Below, in pieces: positions 19,401 through 31,800 of a stretch of 64,000 nucleotides of DNA. A program made the position numbers and the translations under genes. The stretch's first letter is position 1. Each line of letters starts with the position of its first letter. Under the pieces are notes generated by a model. That model had not been told where the DNA came from. It ran no database searches and saw only the letters and a list, made by a program, of their open reading frames with translations. Location: positions 3,968,001 through 4,032,000 of the forward strand of contig CM120642.1 of NCBI GenBank assembly GCA_051362555.1, written 5' to 3'. The stretch is from Lingula anatina (taxonomy: Eukaryota > Animalia > Brachiopoda).

Positions 19401-21295
19401 AATAAATAACAGCCTCTCTTTAAGTGCCTGGCCCTACATAACCTTCTTTTTATTTATCATTTTGCCACCCGAGTGGCATCACATAATCATTTATATTTGC
19501 AAATTATCTGCATGATAGCACTGGGTGGGGAAATAATCAAAATTATGTCTTTGAAGTCATTTTTATATTTCAAGAGGTTGGCAAGGAAGTGATACCAATC
19601 TTATGATGAATTACACAGCGACATCCTTTTCCAGACAGGTGTCTGCATGATATGGAGATATGCAGTTTTTGTAATAAACCATCATATATATAAGAATACA
19701 TCACGAATCACAAATATTACAAGAATTTTTCATTATCAGTAAATACCTTGAGCAAGCCTCATCATTTTTTGGTTGATTCTCATTCCGGAATTCCTGCCAA
19801 TTTAAGAGAGAAGTACTCTGCAAAACTGATGTTTAGCCTCTATTAACCAGTGTTTTGGAGAAGATTACCTGCAACTGAAATTCTAAAAAAAGATTTTTGG
19901 TTCCTTTATTTAAATTAGACAAAGTAAAAAGTAGAAATAGGAAAAAAAATTAAGCAGTAGGCTCAGCCTATAACCATTCATTGCAGAAATACAAAATCAG
20001 TAGGAGATGGAGGGAGGGAAAAAAGGCAAAAAGAAAAAACGTATTATACTGCTCTTTGGTTAAAACGTGTTATAACAAGTTTCTGAAATTTTTAATAAGG
20101 ACCAGATGATTGTTTACTTTACATAATAACATTTATAATAAAATTAATTTCTTTTAAGTATTTATGTTTATGATAATCAATTTCAGTTTATTGCTTTTTC
20201 TAGCCACTTGCCTCAAGTCTTAATTTTTCCATTCCAGTGATGTGGCAATGCAAAGGGCTCACAGAACTTAATTGTGGTGAATTCCCCCTGTTAACTCCTA
20301 GTATCTTCACATGAAGCTGCATGGGTCTTCACAGGAGTGTCACCTGAATTAAATGTTCCACCGTAGGATTTACTTAACTATAAGTCAAGGGTTGCCATTA
20401 CCGATCTCTGGGTATATTTTTGCAAAACTGTCACCACTGTTTGCGTAAAACTGAAAATTATAGATTTACTAAAAAGTTTGAAGAGCAATAAAAAGCTTGC
20501 AATGTGCAAAATTGACTTTATATAAGTCCGTCAATGCTGGGGTTCTATCAACGAGGGAAAAACGAGACTATACTGTATATTACCATAAAAGTATTATTTG
20601 CAATGCTTACCATGCATAGATACAGCTCTAAATTCTTGCGTGGCTCTTTCTTGCAATTAATTACATGTACGTTAGCACATAATAAAAATATTAATTAATG
20701 TTAACATTAACGAGTTCCTGAAATTAAAGTGACCAGAAAATTGTTTCCAAACAATTAACTTTTGTTTACGGATTTTGTTTCAGAGACGGACATAATATCA
20801 ATCTGTTCTCCTGTTTATCTATAATCTGGACCTCTATTTCTCCGTTGTGGTGCAACGAAAAACATTCCTCATTGTGCAGTTGATGAGTGTGGTCACGAGT
20901 TCATGATTTCACGTGCAGGGCGTTCCTGTCGTCAGTGCGTTGTCAATATGAACTCTAATTTGCCACAGTCTGAGGGCGCTGTGTTACTGGGGGCCGCCAG
21001 CTAAAACCCCTCCAAACGCAAAATAAATGCGTCAGTTGAGATCACGAGTGCATTTCCTCGATGCATTTCTCGGTACCTATATGATCGGCAGTCAGTAGTT
21101 TTCCATTATAGATCGCTGAGAGCGTGTGTTTGGCGGTGCATTTGTCTGTTCAAGATAATTATTTTAAGAAGTTTATATACTAAGGGGTTCAAGTCTTTCA
21201 GGAAGATCATTGTATCTTATATTTTCACATTTACCACATTATGTTGTAAAACTCGATATGTAGTGGCCATCAATGCAACAACGTTAGCAAAACGC

Positions 21296-24200
21296 ATGAA
21301 ACGAACAGCTAACCCAGCGATGGCTTCTGCCACTGCATCAACACCCAGCCCTTCGTTGTTGACCAAAGTCAAAGAGTGCATTGATGACGGAGAAAAGGTC
21401 AAAGCTGAAGCAGAACGGGTCCAAGCTGAAGGAGAACAACTCAGAGAAGCTGAAGCAGAACAGGTCAGAATTGAAGGAGAACAGCTCAGAGCTGAAGCAG
21501 AACAGGTCAGAATTGAAGGAGAACAGCTCAGAGCTGAAGCAGAACAGGTCAGAATTGAAGGAGGACAGCTCAGAGCTGAAGCAGAACAGGTCAGAATTGA
21601 AGAAGAACAGCTCAAAACTGAAGCAGAACAGGTCAGAATTGAAGGAGAACAACTCAGAGAAGCTGAAGCAGAACAGGTCAGAATTGAAGGAGAACAGCTC
21701 AGAGCTGAAGCAGAACAGGTCAGAATTGAAGGAGAACAGCTCAGAGCTGAAGCAGAACAGGTCAGAATTGAAGAAGAACAGCTCAAAACTGAAGCAGAAC
21801 AGGTCAGAATTGAAGGAGAACAGCTCAGAGCTGAAGCAGAACAGGTCAGAATTGAAGGAGAACAGCTCAAAACTGAAGCAGAACAGCTCAAAGCCGACAC
21901 AGATTGGGTCAGAAGAGAACTTCTTCAAAGAACTGGACCTGGAGATGAGAAGAGAAAACACTTGAATGTATGGCTATGACTTTTATATGTTTTTTTTATT
22001 CTTCAGCAGGAATGATTGTCACAATTTCCTGAAACATGTATTGTTTACTGTGTAAAGTACGTGTATACTGATCTATTTAAAAAAGGGAAATAAGAAAGAA
22101 AAATATAGTAGTATATGTACATCGTATTAATGGCTCATTCAGGTTAAATCTTCTAGCATAACATTTAAGATTTTTTTTTCTTTAAAAGTGGAAAGGTTTC
22201 TCATTTTTTGCACGTTAATGACTTATTATGATCGTTATATTTATTAATTCATTTTTTCAGAAAAGTGAAAAACTTAGATTAAGATATGAAAGGATTCAAA
22301 GTCAACACAAGTTAAAAAGAAAGCAAAAGAAGGAACAGAAAAAACAAAACAGGCAGCAAGAAGCTAGTAGTAAGATGTTATTTTTATTATCATTGTTATT
22401 GGATTAATTTTTTTAATTAAATTTTTAAAAAAATGAACTTTTCACACATTCTATCCAGGTCACACTTTCAGTTGTACTGAATTTCAATTTCTATCTGTAA
22501 ATGATTATTCTTTAATTTTGTAGCAGAGGCATCTTCCACCTGTGATTCAGAGAGGCTGAGTAAGCGTGATCTGAAAGCTCTTACTAAGAAAAGGTGCCTG
22601 CAAGCCTTGGAAACAGGGCAAAGAGTCTGTGTAGATCTGGGCCTAGAGCAGCACATGAGTGACAAGGTGATTTAGGAGTTTGAGTGTAATTATTTACTGC
22701 TATAATATGAAAAGGCAAGAGTTCAGTTTTCCTTCAACTCCATGCCTACTGATATAATTCTTTATTATATCACCAGATGTTTTGATTTTGAGAAAAGTGT
22801 TTATTAGATAAGTTGTTTAAACTGTGAGAAAAATAATAAGATTATATTTTTGACAAAAGTTTTGTCTTTTTATGTACAGACACAGATGTGTCTGTACATA
22901 TTGCCATCACCTGCGTCTGTCGTCGCCGTCGTCGCCGATGGCGATGCCGATGCCGATGCCGATGCCGTCGCCGTGCACTTTCCTTGTAAACACCATAAGT
23001 GGAAGGCAGTTTTACTTTTTGGCTTTATATTTACAGAGCTGATGAATATTCATAAAACGCAGGTCAAGTTCGAAAATCAGCATGATCGGGCCATTATTGT
23101 AGAAGTTATGCTGTTTTTTCACTTTTCAGCATATATGCAACCTTGTAAACACATTTTAAGGAAAACCGTTTGGCCTGTTGTCATGAAACTCACAGGAGTA
23201 ATCAATCTTACTAAAACGCAGGGCAAGTTCGAAAATCAGCATGATCGGGCCACTATTTTAGTAGTTATGCGTTTTTTTCATTGTTCAGCATATATGCAAC
23301 ACTGTAAACACAATATAAGAAAAACAGAAAGCCCAATTGTCATTAAACTCACAGGAACGGTCAGTCTTACTAAAACGCAGGTTGAGTTCGAAAATCAGCA
23401 TAATTGGGGCATTATTTTAGAAGTTATGCTGTTTTTTCACATTTCCTCAGATTTCCTCAGATTTAATTCTTAGGCATGTTAATAGCCTTATTATTTAAGT
23501 AATAAGATACGTAAAAGTGTTTGTTTGACATTTCCTGAATCTTTACAACATTGTTAGTTGATTATGTAAAAATGATGGTAAACTTGTTATCGTGTATTGT
23601 GTAATAAAGTGTCAAAAATGGAAATAAACTCATATCATTGCAGTTTGTCAGATTCAATCATTCACTATGTTCAGAATCTCAGAATGGAAGAAATTGGACA
23701 TTTAACACTGTTCTATTGATATTCTTCACATCTCATCAATTTTCTTAGTTGATCTTATAAAAATGGCAGTAACCTATTAATTTTGTTTTATGTTAAAAAA
23801 GTGTTAAAAATGGAAATAAACCCATTTCAGAACAGTGCAGTCTTGTTTACATTTTGGCATTTTTAAGGCGTGACTTTGAAGTTCCATCGGCCTAAAAACA
23901 TTTGTTAGTCATGTTTACTATTTGTCCATGATACTAATATTTTATTATTAAAAATTGATGATCATTATGCTGTTAAACATTATGTAATATTGCATCAAAA
24001 TTTGAAAAAAACCTATTTTGGGCACTGCTCCCATGATGACCATTTAAGAAAAACCATGTCACTTACTGTTCTCAAACAGTACAGTTAATATGTACAGATG
24101 TGTCTGTACATATTGCCATCACCTGCGTCTGTCGTTGCCGTCACTGTCGCTGTCGCCGGCGCCATGCACTTTCATTGTAAACATGATAAGTGGAAGGCAG

Positions 24201-27200
24201 TTTTACTTTTTGGCTGTATATTTACAGAGCTGATGAATATTCATAAAATGCAGGTCAAGTTCGAAAATCGGCATGATCGGGCCATTAATGTAGAAGTTAT
24301 GCTGTTTTTTCACTTTTCAGCATATATGCAACACTGTAAACACATTTCAAGGAAAACCGATAAGCTTTTTGTCATGAAACTCACAGGAGTAATCGATCTT
24401 ACTATAACGCAGGTCAAGTTCGAAAACCGGCATGATCGGGCCACTATTTTAGTAGTTATGCTTTTTTTTTCACTTTTCAGCATATATGCAACACTGTAAA
24501 CACAATATAAGAAAAACAGATAGGCCAATTGTCATTAAACTCATTCCTGCTAAAGCGCAGGTTGAGTTCAAAAATCAGCATAATCGGGCCATTATTTTAA
24601 AGAAATGCAGTTTTTTCACATTTCCTCAGATTTAATTCTTAGGCATGTAAACAGTTTCATTATTGAACTAATAAGATACGTAAAAGTGTTTGTTTGGCAT
24701 TTCCTGCAATTTTACAACATTATTAGTTGATTATGTAAAAATGATAGTAAACTTGTTATCGTGTATTGTGTAATAAAGTTTCAAAAATGGAAATAAACTC
24801 ATATCATTGCAGTTTGTCAGATTCAATCATTCACTATGTTCAGAATCTCAGAATGGAAGAGATTGGACATTTAACACTGCTCGGTTGATATTTTTCCCAT
24901 CTCATCAATATTCTTAGTTGATAATATAAAAACGGCAGAAAACTGTTAATTTTGTTTTATGTTAAAAATTGTTAGAAATGGAAAAAAAAAATACATTTCA
25001 GAACAGTGCTGTCTCGTTTACATTTTGGCATTTTCAAGTTGTGACTTTGAAGTTCCATGAGCCTGAAGACCTTTGCTAGTCACATTTTCTGAATATCCAT
25101 AATACTAATATTTTATTATTAAAGTTGATGGTCATTATGCTGTTAAACATTATGTAATATTGCATCAAAATTAAAAAAAAAAAAAAAACTATTTTGGGCA
25201 CAGCTCCCATGATGACCATTTAAGAAAAACCATGTCATTTACTGTTCTCAAACTTACAGGAAAGAAACATGGGACTAAAATACAGCTTCAGTAGGAAATA
25301 CAGTCTGTTTAGTAATTCTTACTGCCAGTTAAACAGTTATTTTGTGAAAATTTCATTTTTCACATATTGGCATTTTCAAGGTGTGACTTTGAAGTTCCAC
25401 GGGCTTGAAGACCCATGCTAGTCACATTTTCTGAAAATCCATGATACGTATATTTTATTATTAAAAATTGACGGTCATTATGCTGTTAACCATTATGTAA
25501 TATTGCATCAGAATAGAAGAAAACACAATTTTGGGTGCTGCTGCCATGATGACCATTATGGGAAAACCATGTTACTTATGATTGCCAAACTTTCAAAAAA
25601 GAAATACAGGACTAAAATGCAGTCTGAGTTGGAAAAGCAGTCTAAGTGACTTCTTTTTCTGGAAGTTATACATTTTCAAAGTGAAACTTGTCACATATTT
25701 TAATTACATTGGTATTACCTGTTGAGGATAATTAAAATTTGATGTTGAATTTGCAGTTTAACATAATGTACTTTTGCATCAGAATTGACAGTAGCCTATT
25801 TTGTGCATAGTTATTTCCTGTTTTTTGTCTGTACATTTGACAGCTTTGCTGCCTTGTTCTACTATATTATTTAATAAATATAGATAATGCTGAGCTTTGG
25901 ATTCATTTGAACAAGTTTTATTTTAATGAATTTCAGTGTAATGAAATTATTACCTTCTTTGAATTGCCTGTTAAAAAATGTATCTGTATTTGAAAGACTG
26001 AAAGAGTTTTATAACAGTTTTGCTTTTAAAATGAATGTTAAATTTAAGCAGACATTTTTTACATAGGAAAAAAGCAAACTAGCCCAGCAGCTTGGCCGGC
26101 TGTATGGTTCTAATAGACAGTCTGAAGATCCTATGCACATATACTTCACAAACCTTAACAAAGATGGTGTGCTTTACCAAGAATGTGTGAGGAAAAATGA
26201 AGGATTTGAAAATTATATGGTGAATACTGGAATCCACGTTAGACATTGTAAAACATAGTAAGAGAACTGTGATGTGTGGGGGTCATGTGATGTGTGGGGG
26301 TCATGTGATGTGTGGAGGTCATGTGGTCGTAACAACTACTTTGCTTTTTGTTCACCAGTGAAGTCCATTTACTATAACACATTTTGGTTATTGAAATAGA
26401 AAGATGTAATGCAAGTGTGTCTCTTTTTATATGTTAGATGCAGTGCATGCAAGATTAGTTGCTCTCCCTTTCTTATGCATTCCCTCTTCTGTATGCTGTG
26501 TTATAGCCAAGCAACTTTTGCTTTACGGCAAAAGGTCAATTAGAATATCTAACACAGTAGTTTTCTTTGCTGAAAACATTGGTGAACAGTTACATGTATG
26601 TTTGATGCTATTGTTTGAAGGAGCAATGAAGAAAAAGAATAATGATTGCATATTTTTATTTTGCCATTGTTTTGCAGGTTGACATGACTGAGAAATCTCA
26701 CATGGAATTATTTAAGCGGGAAGATCTTGTGTTCTTGACCCCAGATGGCAGCACTGTGCTCACTGGTTTGGACAGGAACAAGGTGTATGTCATGGGAGGA
26801 CTGGTTGACGAGAGCCCTAACAAGGTAGGGGTGGAACAAAACAAAATTATTGATAATTTTTCATATCTTCGGTATTCATTATTTGGTCAAAAATTTTAAG
26901 TCTATTAGCCTTTTGGAATACTATGGTCTAAGAATCTACTGACGAAGAACAGAAAAAGTGGCCAGTAGGTAGTATTGACATGGCAGACTGCATACAAAAG
27001 TTACAAATGTTTCCAGACCCAAACAAAATATTGCCTGACAGTTTTGATCATTATCTAAAAGATTTCAAAAGAATATTTTGTCTGTTACAATTTAAAAAAA
27101 TTTACCATGGCATATGATTTATTATTTTTAATTGGTGTTCTTAAACATCTATATCTTGCAGAACATCACTTCAAGTGCAGCCCAGACAGCAGGGGTTCAG

Positions 27201-28199
27201 ACAGCCAGACTACCCATAGATGAATACATGACCAAAGGCGACCAGGGCACCTTCTCTAAAATATTGGCAGTAAACCAAGGTAAGTGAAATGCTTAACCAT
27301 CTTTGTTCTTATCTTTTTAATCCTGTTAATTCCCCTAAAGTTTTGACTGCTGCTTCCAAGTATTGTCAATATATTTTTTGGCTACAAGATGGCAAAATGG
27401 TTAAACCAGTTTGAGATTAGTAAAACTAAAAGAACAAGGCAGCAAAGCTGTCAAATGTACAGACAAAAACCAGAAAATAAAAACGCAGGAAATAGGATAC
27501 TGTCAATTCTGATGAACTAATGTATTATGCTTACTGTAACTGCATAGCCAACATCAAATTCTTATTCTGCATAACATTGGATTAGGATGAAAGTAAAATG
27601 TGTATCAAGCATTAGACTAAGTTCCCATACCTAGATCAATCTAACAGGATCAATGCAACTCCAAGGGGTTTCTCACTAAATTGCTTTCAGTTTGAGAGTC
27701 TTAGGATTCTGGCATGCCAGTTTCAGTAGGCGTGACAGACAACTAAGCCACTTACATTGATTGCAATTTAGCAAGAATTCCCACATCTGTGTCTGTACAT
27801 AAAAATCATTTTGGCATTAACTGTAGCCATTGGTTAAATGTTTACACTATTGTTGTACAAATAAATGGATTTGGTTAATGACACCTACAGAATGTTTCGA
27901 TGTTATCAGTGAACATTAGGCAAACATGCTGTAAGAATAAAGTTGCGAAATTTTACTTTTTTTGCGTTTTTTTTTTTTTTTCACTATAACACAGCAATAT
28001 TATACTTCTTGCATGATTTTTTTTTTCTTTCAGTATAACATGTATCTAAAATGTATTGTTTTAATTTTCCCCATCATTTCATTTTTCAGTATTTGACATT
28101 TTGTTGAAGTTCCAGCAGACAGGAGACTGGAGACAAGCGTTGATGGTGGGTGTACCACAGAGAACGGGGTTCATCTTGAAATCAGATAACATAGTCTGA
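21296..28199 (+). CDS. TRMT10B: tRNA methyltransferase 10 homolog B-like; exons 21296-21967, 22261-22369, 22524-22666, 26067-26219, 26678-26824, 27162-27279, 28090-28199
   Basis: Spliced translation gives SKRDLKALTK...RVCVDL...MSDKEKSKLAQQLGRLYGSN...LVFLTPD...KVYVMGGLVDES...TARLPIDEYM...ILAVNQVFDILLKF...W..AL..GV (Trm10 SPOUT domain). All junctions are GT-AG with consistent phases. The start codon is uncertain. Confidence 0.9.
21403..21892 (+). repeat. Coding minisatellite, ~11.5 x 42 bp (some 45 bp), encoding AEAEQVRIEGEQLR
   Basis: Near-identical GCTGAAGCAGAACAGGTCAGAATTGAAGGAGAACAGCTCAGA units inside TRMT10B exon 1. Confidence 0.95.
22867..25860 (+). mobile_element. Non-autonomous Helentron-associated (HINE-like) element with ~1.2-kb internal tandem duplication
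   Basis: 5' palindrome TATGTACAGACAC-AGAT-GTGTCTGTACATA, then a (GCCGAT/GTC)n microsatellite and 159-bp internal repeats (23054, 23213, 23372). The block repeats from ~24090. The 3' end has subterminal IR TGTCTGTACAT (~25826) plus a CAGC-TTT-GCTG hairpin. Confidence 0.75.
26268..26325. repeat. 3 x 18-bp minisatellite
   Basis: TGTGATGTGTGGGGGTCA repeated three times in a TRMT10B intron. Confidence 0.8.
27432..27805 (-). mobile_element. Short inverted copy of the same HINE-like family
   Basis: GAACAAGGCAGCAAAGCTGTCAAATGTACAGACAAAAA is the reverse complement of the 3' end at ~25822-25859. CACATCTGTGTCTGTACATAAAAA is the reverse complement of the 5' end at ~22867-22890. Confidence 0.75.
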
Positions 28200-28808
28200 T
28201 ACCAACTTACCTGTATTTGAACTGTCATGATGTAAGGGGGGCATCACAAAAGAACTCCAGAAGGAAGTTTTTACTCGAGATAAATCAAACCTAGTCCATT
28301 TAAGGTGCAATATTTTGACTGTTTTATAGCAAGAAAGACATGGCTTTGGATTATGTGATTGATCCATAGTTACTGTCTCCAACTAGACAACTGCAGATAT
28401 GTCAGTAACTGAACTGGGGCAAAATTTCAGTCAGAATTTATTATTGCTCGTCTTAAAATGAACAACTTCAAGTTTTAAATTTGTTTGTGAAGGACAATGA
28501 TTAGCCTGTCATGTATGCACAATTCTAAATCCTAAAGAATCCATAAACAAATCATTTTTTTCATTATATTTTATTTGAAAAGAGTTCCATGATGTCATAC
28601 CCAACTCTCAAATCTACCTCTCTTTTTGCTGTCTTAAAGGTCAGAGCAACATTACATGCGAGTCTGTGATTTCAGAACTGAGGTCCCTGTATAATGTGAA
28701 TGTATTTCGCAAACACCAATGGATACATTTTTGTGTTGCCTTCAGGGAAGTCTTAAATATGATTTGGCAAAAATATTCTTCCTGGGTCTCCTTGATGAAA
28801 TGACACCA

Positions 28809-31800
28809 TTATAACAACTTTTTCAGCAAAGTTTGAGACCACTGCTCATTTTGAATGAGTCTAATACTTTCCTCAATCGTTTCTCTGTACAATAACGTAT
28901 ACTTAAGTACACTATCTGCCTGTAGCTCTGACAGCCAGTCTAGAACAAGGACAAACATGGATTCTGTGCCTAGAGCAGGGAGAATAGACAGAAGATGGCA
29001 GACGTGGCATACTGCTTGACTCAACAGGAAGGCCTGGCTGGTAGCTGGGTGAGAGAGACTGCTGAAGACACTCTGAAATATAGACATTGTGTTCAACATG
29101 GTTGTATTAAACCTTTTTAACTGAATTTGAAGTTTTGCAAGTGACAAAAAATTACAAAGTTGTTATCATAACTTCAGTGTTGAAATATTTTTTTAAAAGT
29201 TGTTCAAGTTAAAGGTTGTTGAAGTTAAATTATGATGTTGTTACCTGTTTCTAAAAATGTAATAAAACAATGAATAAAAAATAATTAAAAAAAATAATGA
29301 TTGTAATTCAATTTGTCTTTCGAATACATTTTCCAAAAAATCAATTTTATCACTCGGTCATTTCCAAGGCTACCTTAGTCTAATAAATTTTTCTGTAGAT
29401 GGCATTACTTAGAATGTGCTTACTTTGAGCGTGTTGGCACAACATTGGTTAAGATGAAACCAAAATCCTTTGCCACTTTTTTCTTGCATCATAAACCCAT
29501 ACAATGTCTGCCATAGGCACATCACATCTGAGGTAAACTGTAACAAGCTCAGTTCATACTTAAGACCTGGAATTGGACATTTATTAAGAATCTTTAACAT
29601 GTACTGGCATATATATAAAGTGACATGTCTTCTTAACTGTCTCCTAAAATGATGGCATGACCAACTAGATAACAGTATTTTGTAATTTTATGTGACAAAC
29701 ACTAAAAAAAGAAAATCCAAAATTATAAAATGAGGTGATTCTGGGACATTTTTTACAATATTCATAAAATGTTCTAAAATTCCATAACCACTGGAGAATT
29801 TGTTAAGTGGAAAAATTGCAAATAAGAAAGATTTTATAACTTGGATTATCTGAATATTGTAACATAAGATGATATTAACAGATATATTGAACCCATATTT
29901 ACCTGTGAGGTCCACAAGTGGCAGATGTTTCATGTAATGTGTCTGAAACTGGACGTGGACCTGGTCAGCCCTCACCAGATGACCAACTAGACATACAATG
30001 TTTGACCACTCACTCATCAAACAATTTGGTAACACCTGAAAGGTGAGTTAAAGATTGAATGTCAATGTCTTAGCACAGCTCCACTTTAAGCTCCACTTCA
30101 CATTAAGCTACCTGGCAGAAGATACTTGAATTTTCCAAGAGAAAATGTGTTTCAAGAACAAAATTTTAAAATCCTATCTATTAAGAATAATTACTTCTGT
30201 CCAACAGTCTTATCCCCGAGCTGCGTAATTGTAATGCTTTGTGTAAAAAAAGTCAACATTTGATGATTACCTGTATGGCTGCTGACAGAAGACACTGGTA
30301 GGACATTACTGTATTACAATCCATTCCTTTCAATACTGCTGATGTCAAAGTGTTGCTGATAGCACAAAGCTTGAGAAGTGAAACTTCCACCTCCTCATCT
30401 GAGAATAAATTATCAAAAATCAAAAATTATTAAAAATACAATTAACAATATACGCTGTGCATACAGTAGACTCTGTATACCTTTGGCACTCTGAGACCAG
30501 TAGATTTATTTGTTCGTGGAAAATGATAATTTGAGTTGTACAGTGAAGAATCTACTATGTACATGTAAATAATCAACATCCAGTTTTTTGATGACTGACA
30601 AGCATTTAACATTTTTGTCCTGATGATTCCTGATTATTAGTACTACTGTAACAGCAGATGTTTGTTCATTTTGGGTTATTTAGTGCCCACTTGATGATGT
30701 ACTTGTATGCTGTTTCTAATACTGATACAGCATTTTTTCTTTACACTCTAAGAAAAGAAAGTAAACATACCTGTCGTCACATCGACTGCAGACCATTCAT
30801 CAGCAGGAAGATGGCAGATACTGGAGATGACTTTGGGATAGTCCTTTAACTGATATTTCATCTAGAAAATATAAGATTAATACTGACATATCAATCTTCT
30901 CAGTAAGACATCTTATCTAACAAAAGATCATCATTCACTTAATCATAAATATCTTTTCTATTTAAACATCAGGAGTGTCATCTTCTACTAGTGGCATATA
31001 TTCCCTTTCTCTTTTAAATTACTTACAATTAATATCACATAAACATGTGATTAGAAGAGTATATATGATCCTCTTTCAGTAGAAATCATAAAATACCTTG
31101 GGTAATGTGTCTGAAGTAATAGCTTTCAGCACAGGTTCAGCCTGCAGTCTTGCCTGCCATCCAATATTACACAGCTGCTCACATAACCATTCCACATCTA
31201 ACTCTAAAACATACAGGAGAAGATTAGATGTAAATCACTTTGTGTCAAACATTTTTGAGCCTCCTTATCTTTCAGGACACGTGTCTAAGAATCTCCTGTC
31301 CTAAAGGAGAAATTTAATAGTGGCCAGTAACTGAACAAATTAACCAAAGTTCACTGGCCTGACAGTAATACTGACATTTACCATGGGCCACAGCTTAACA
31401 TCACAGACTAGAATGTGTAAAATAACTTTATAATAAATTAATGAGGTCACTCTCTAACACTTTTTTAAGCTATCAAACCCAACCGTTAAAGCTTTAAAAT
31501 AATTTAAATTACTAAAAGCAACATGAACAAGTAACTGACATAGCACTGACTGCAACTGGTAACACAGACAGCCCTAACTGATGGTCATTTGCGCATATAT
31601 ATATATATATATACATATTGTAAAAAGGTGTGAACTCTAATAAAACTTAGGCTGTAGGATGTAAAAAATCTGTTTCCTTACCTACAAACTTGTGATTTTG
31701 CAGCACATTGGCCATGTCTTGTAGTATATCAAGACAGCACTGCTTCAACACTGTCCTGTTTCCTGTGTCAGCAGGGTCCCACAGGGAACAGGAGCACTGT

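Noticed and set aside
21217-21965. Cys/Ser-rich, Phe-rich and Lys/Asn-rich ORFs in other frames of the 42-bp repeat
   Set aside because: They are open only because the repeat unit lacks stops. Only the AEAEQVRIEGEQLR frame splices in phase to the conserved TRMT10B exons.
22850-24528. ORFs 22850..23473 and 24098..24499 as duplicated protein genes
   Set aside because: They lie in the microsatellite and 159-bp repeats of a non-autonomous element, with no recognisable domain.
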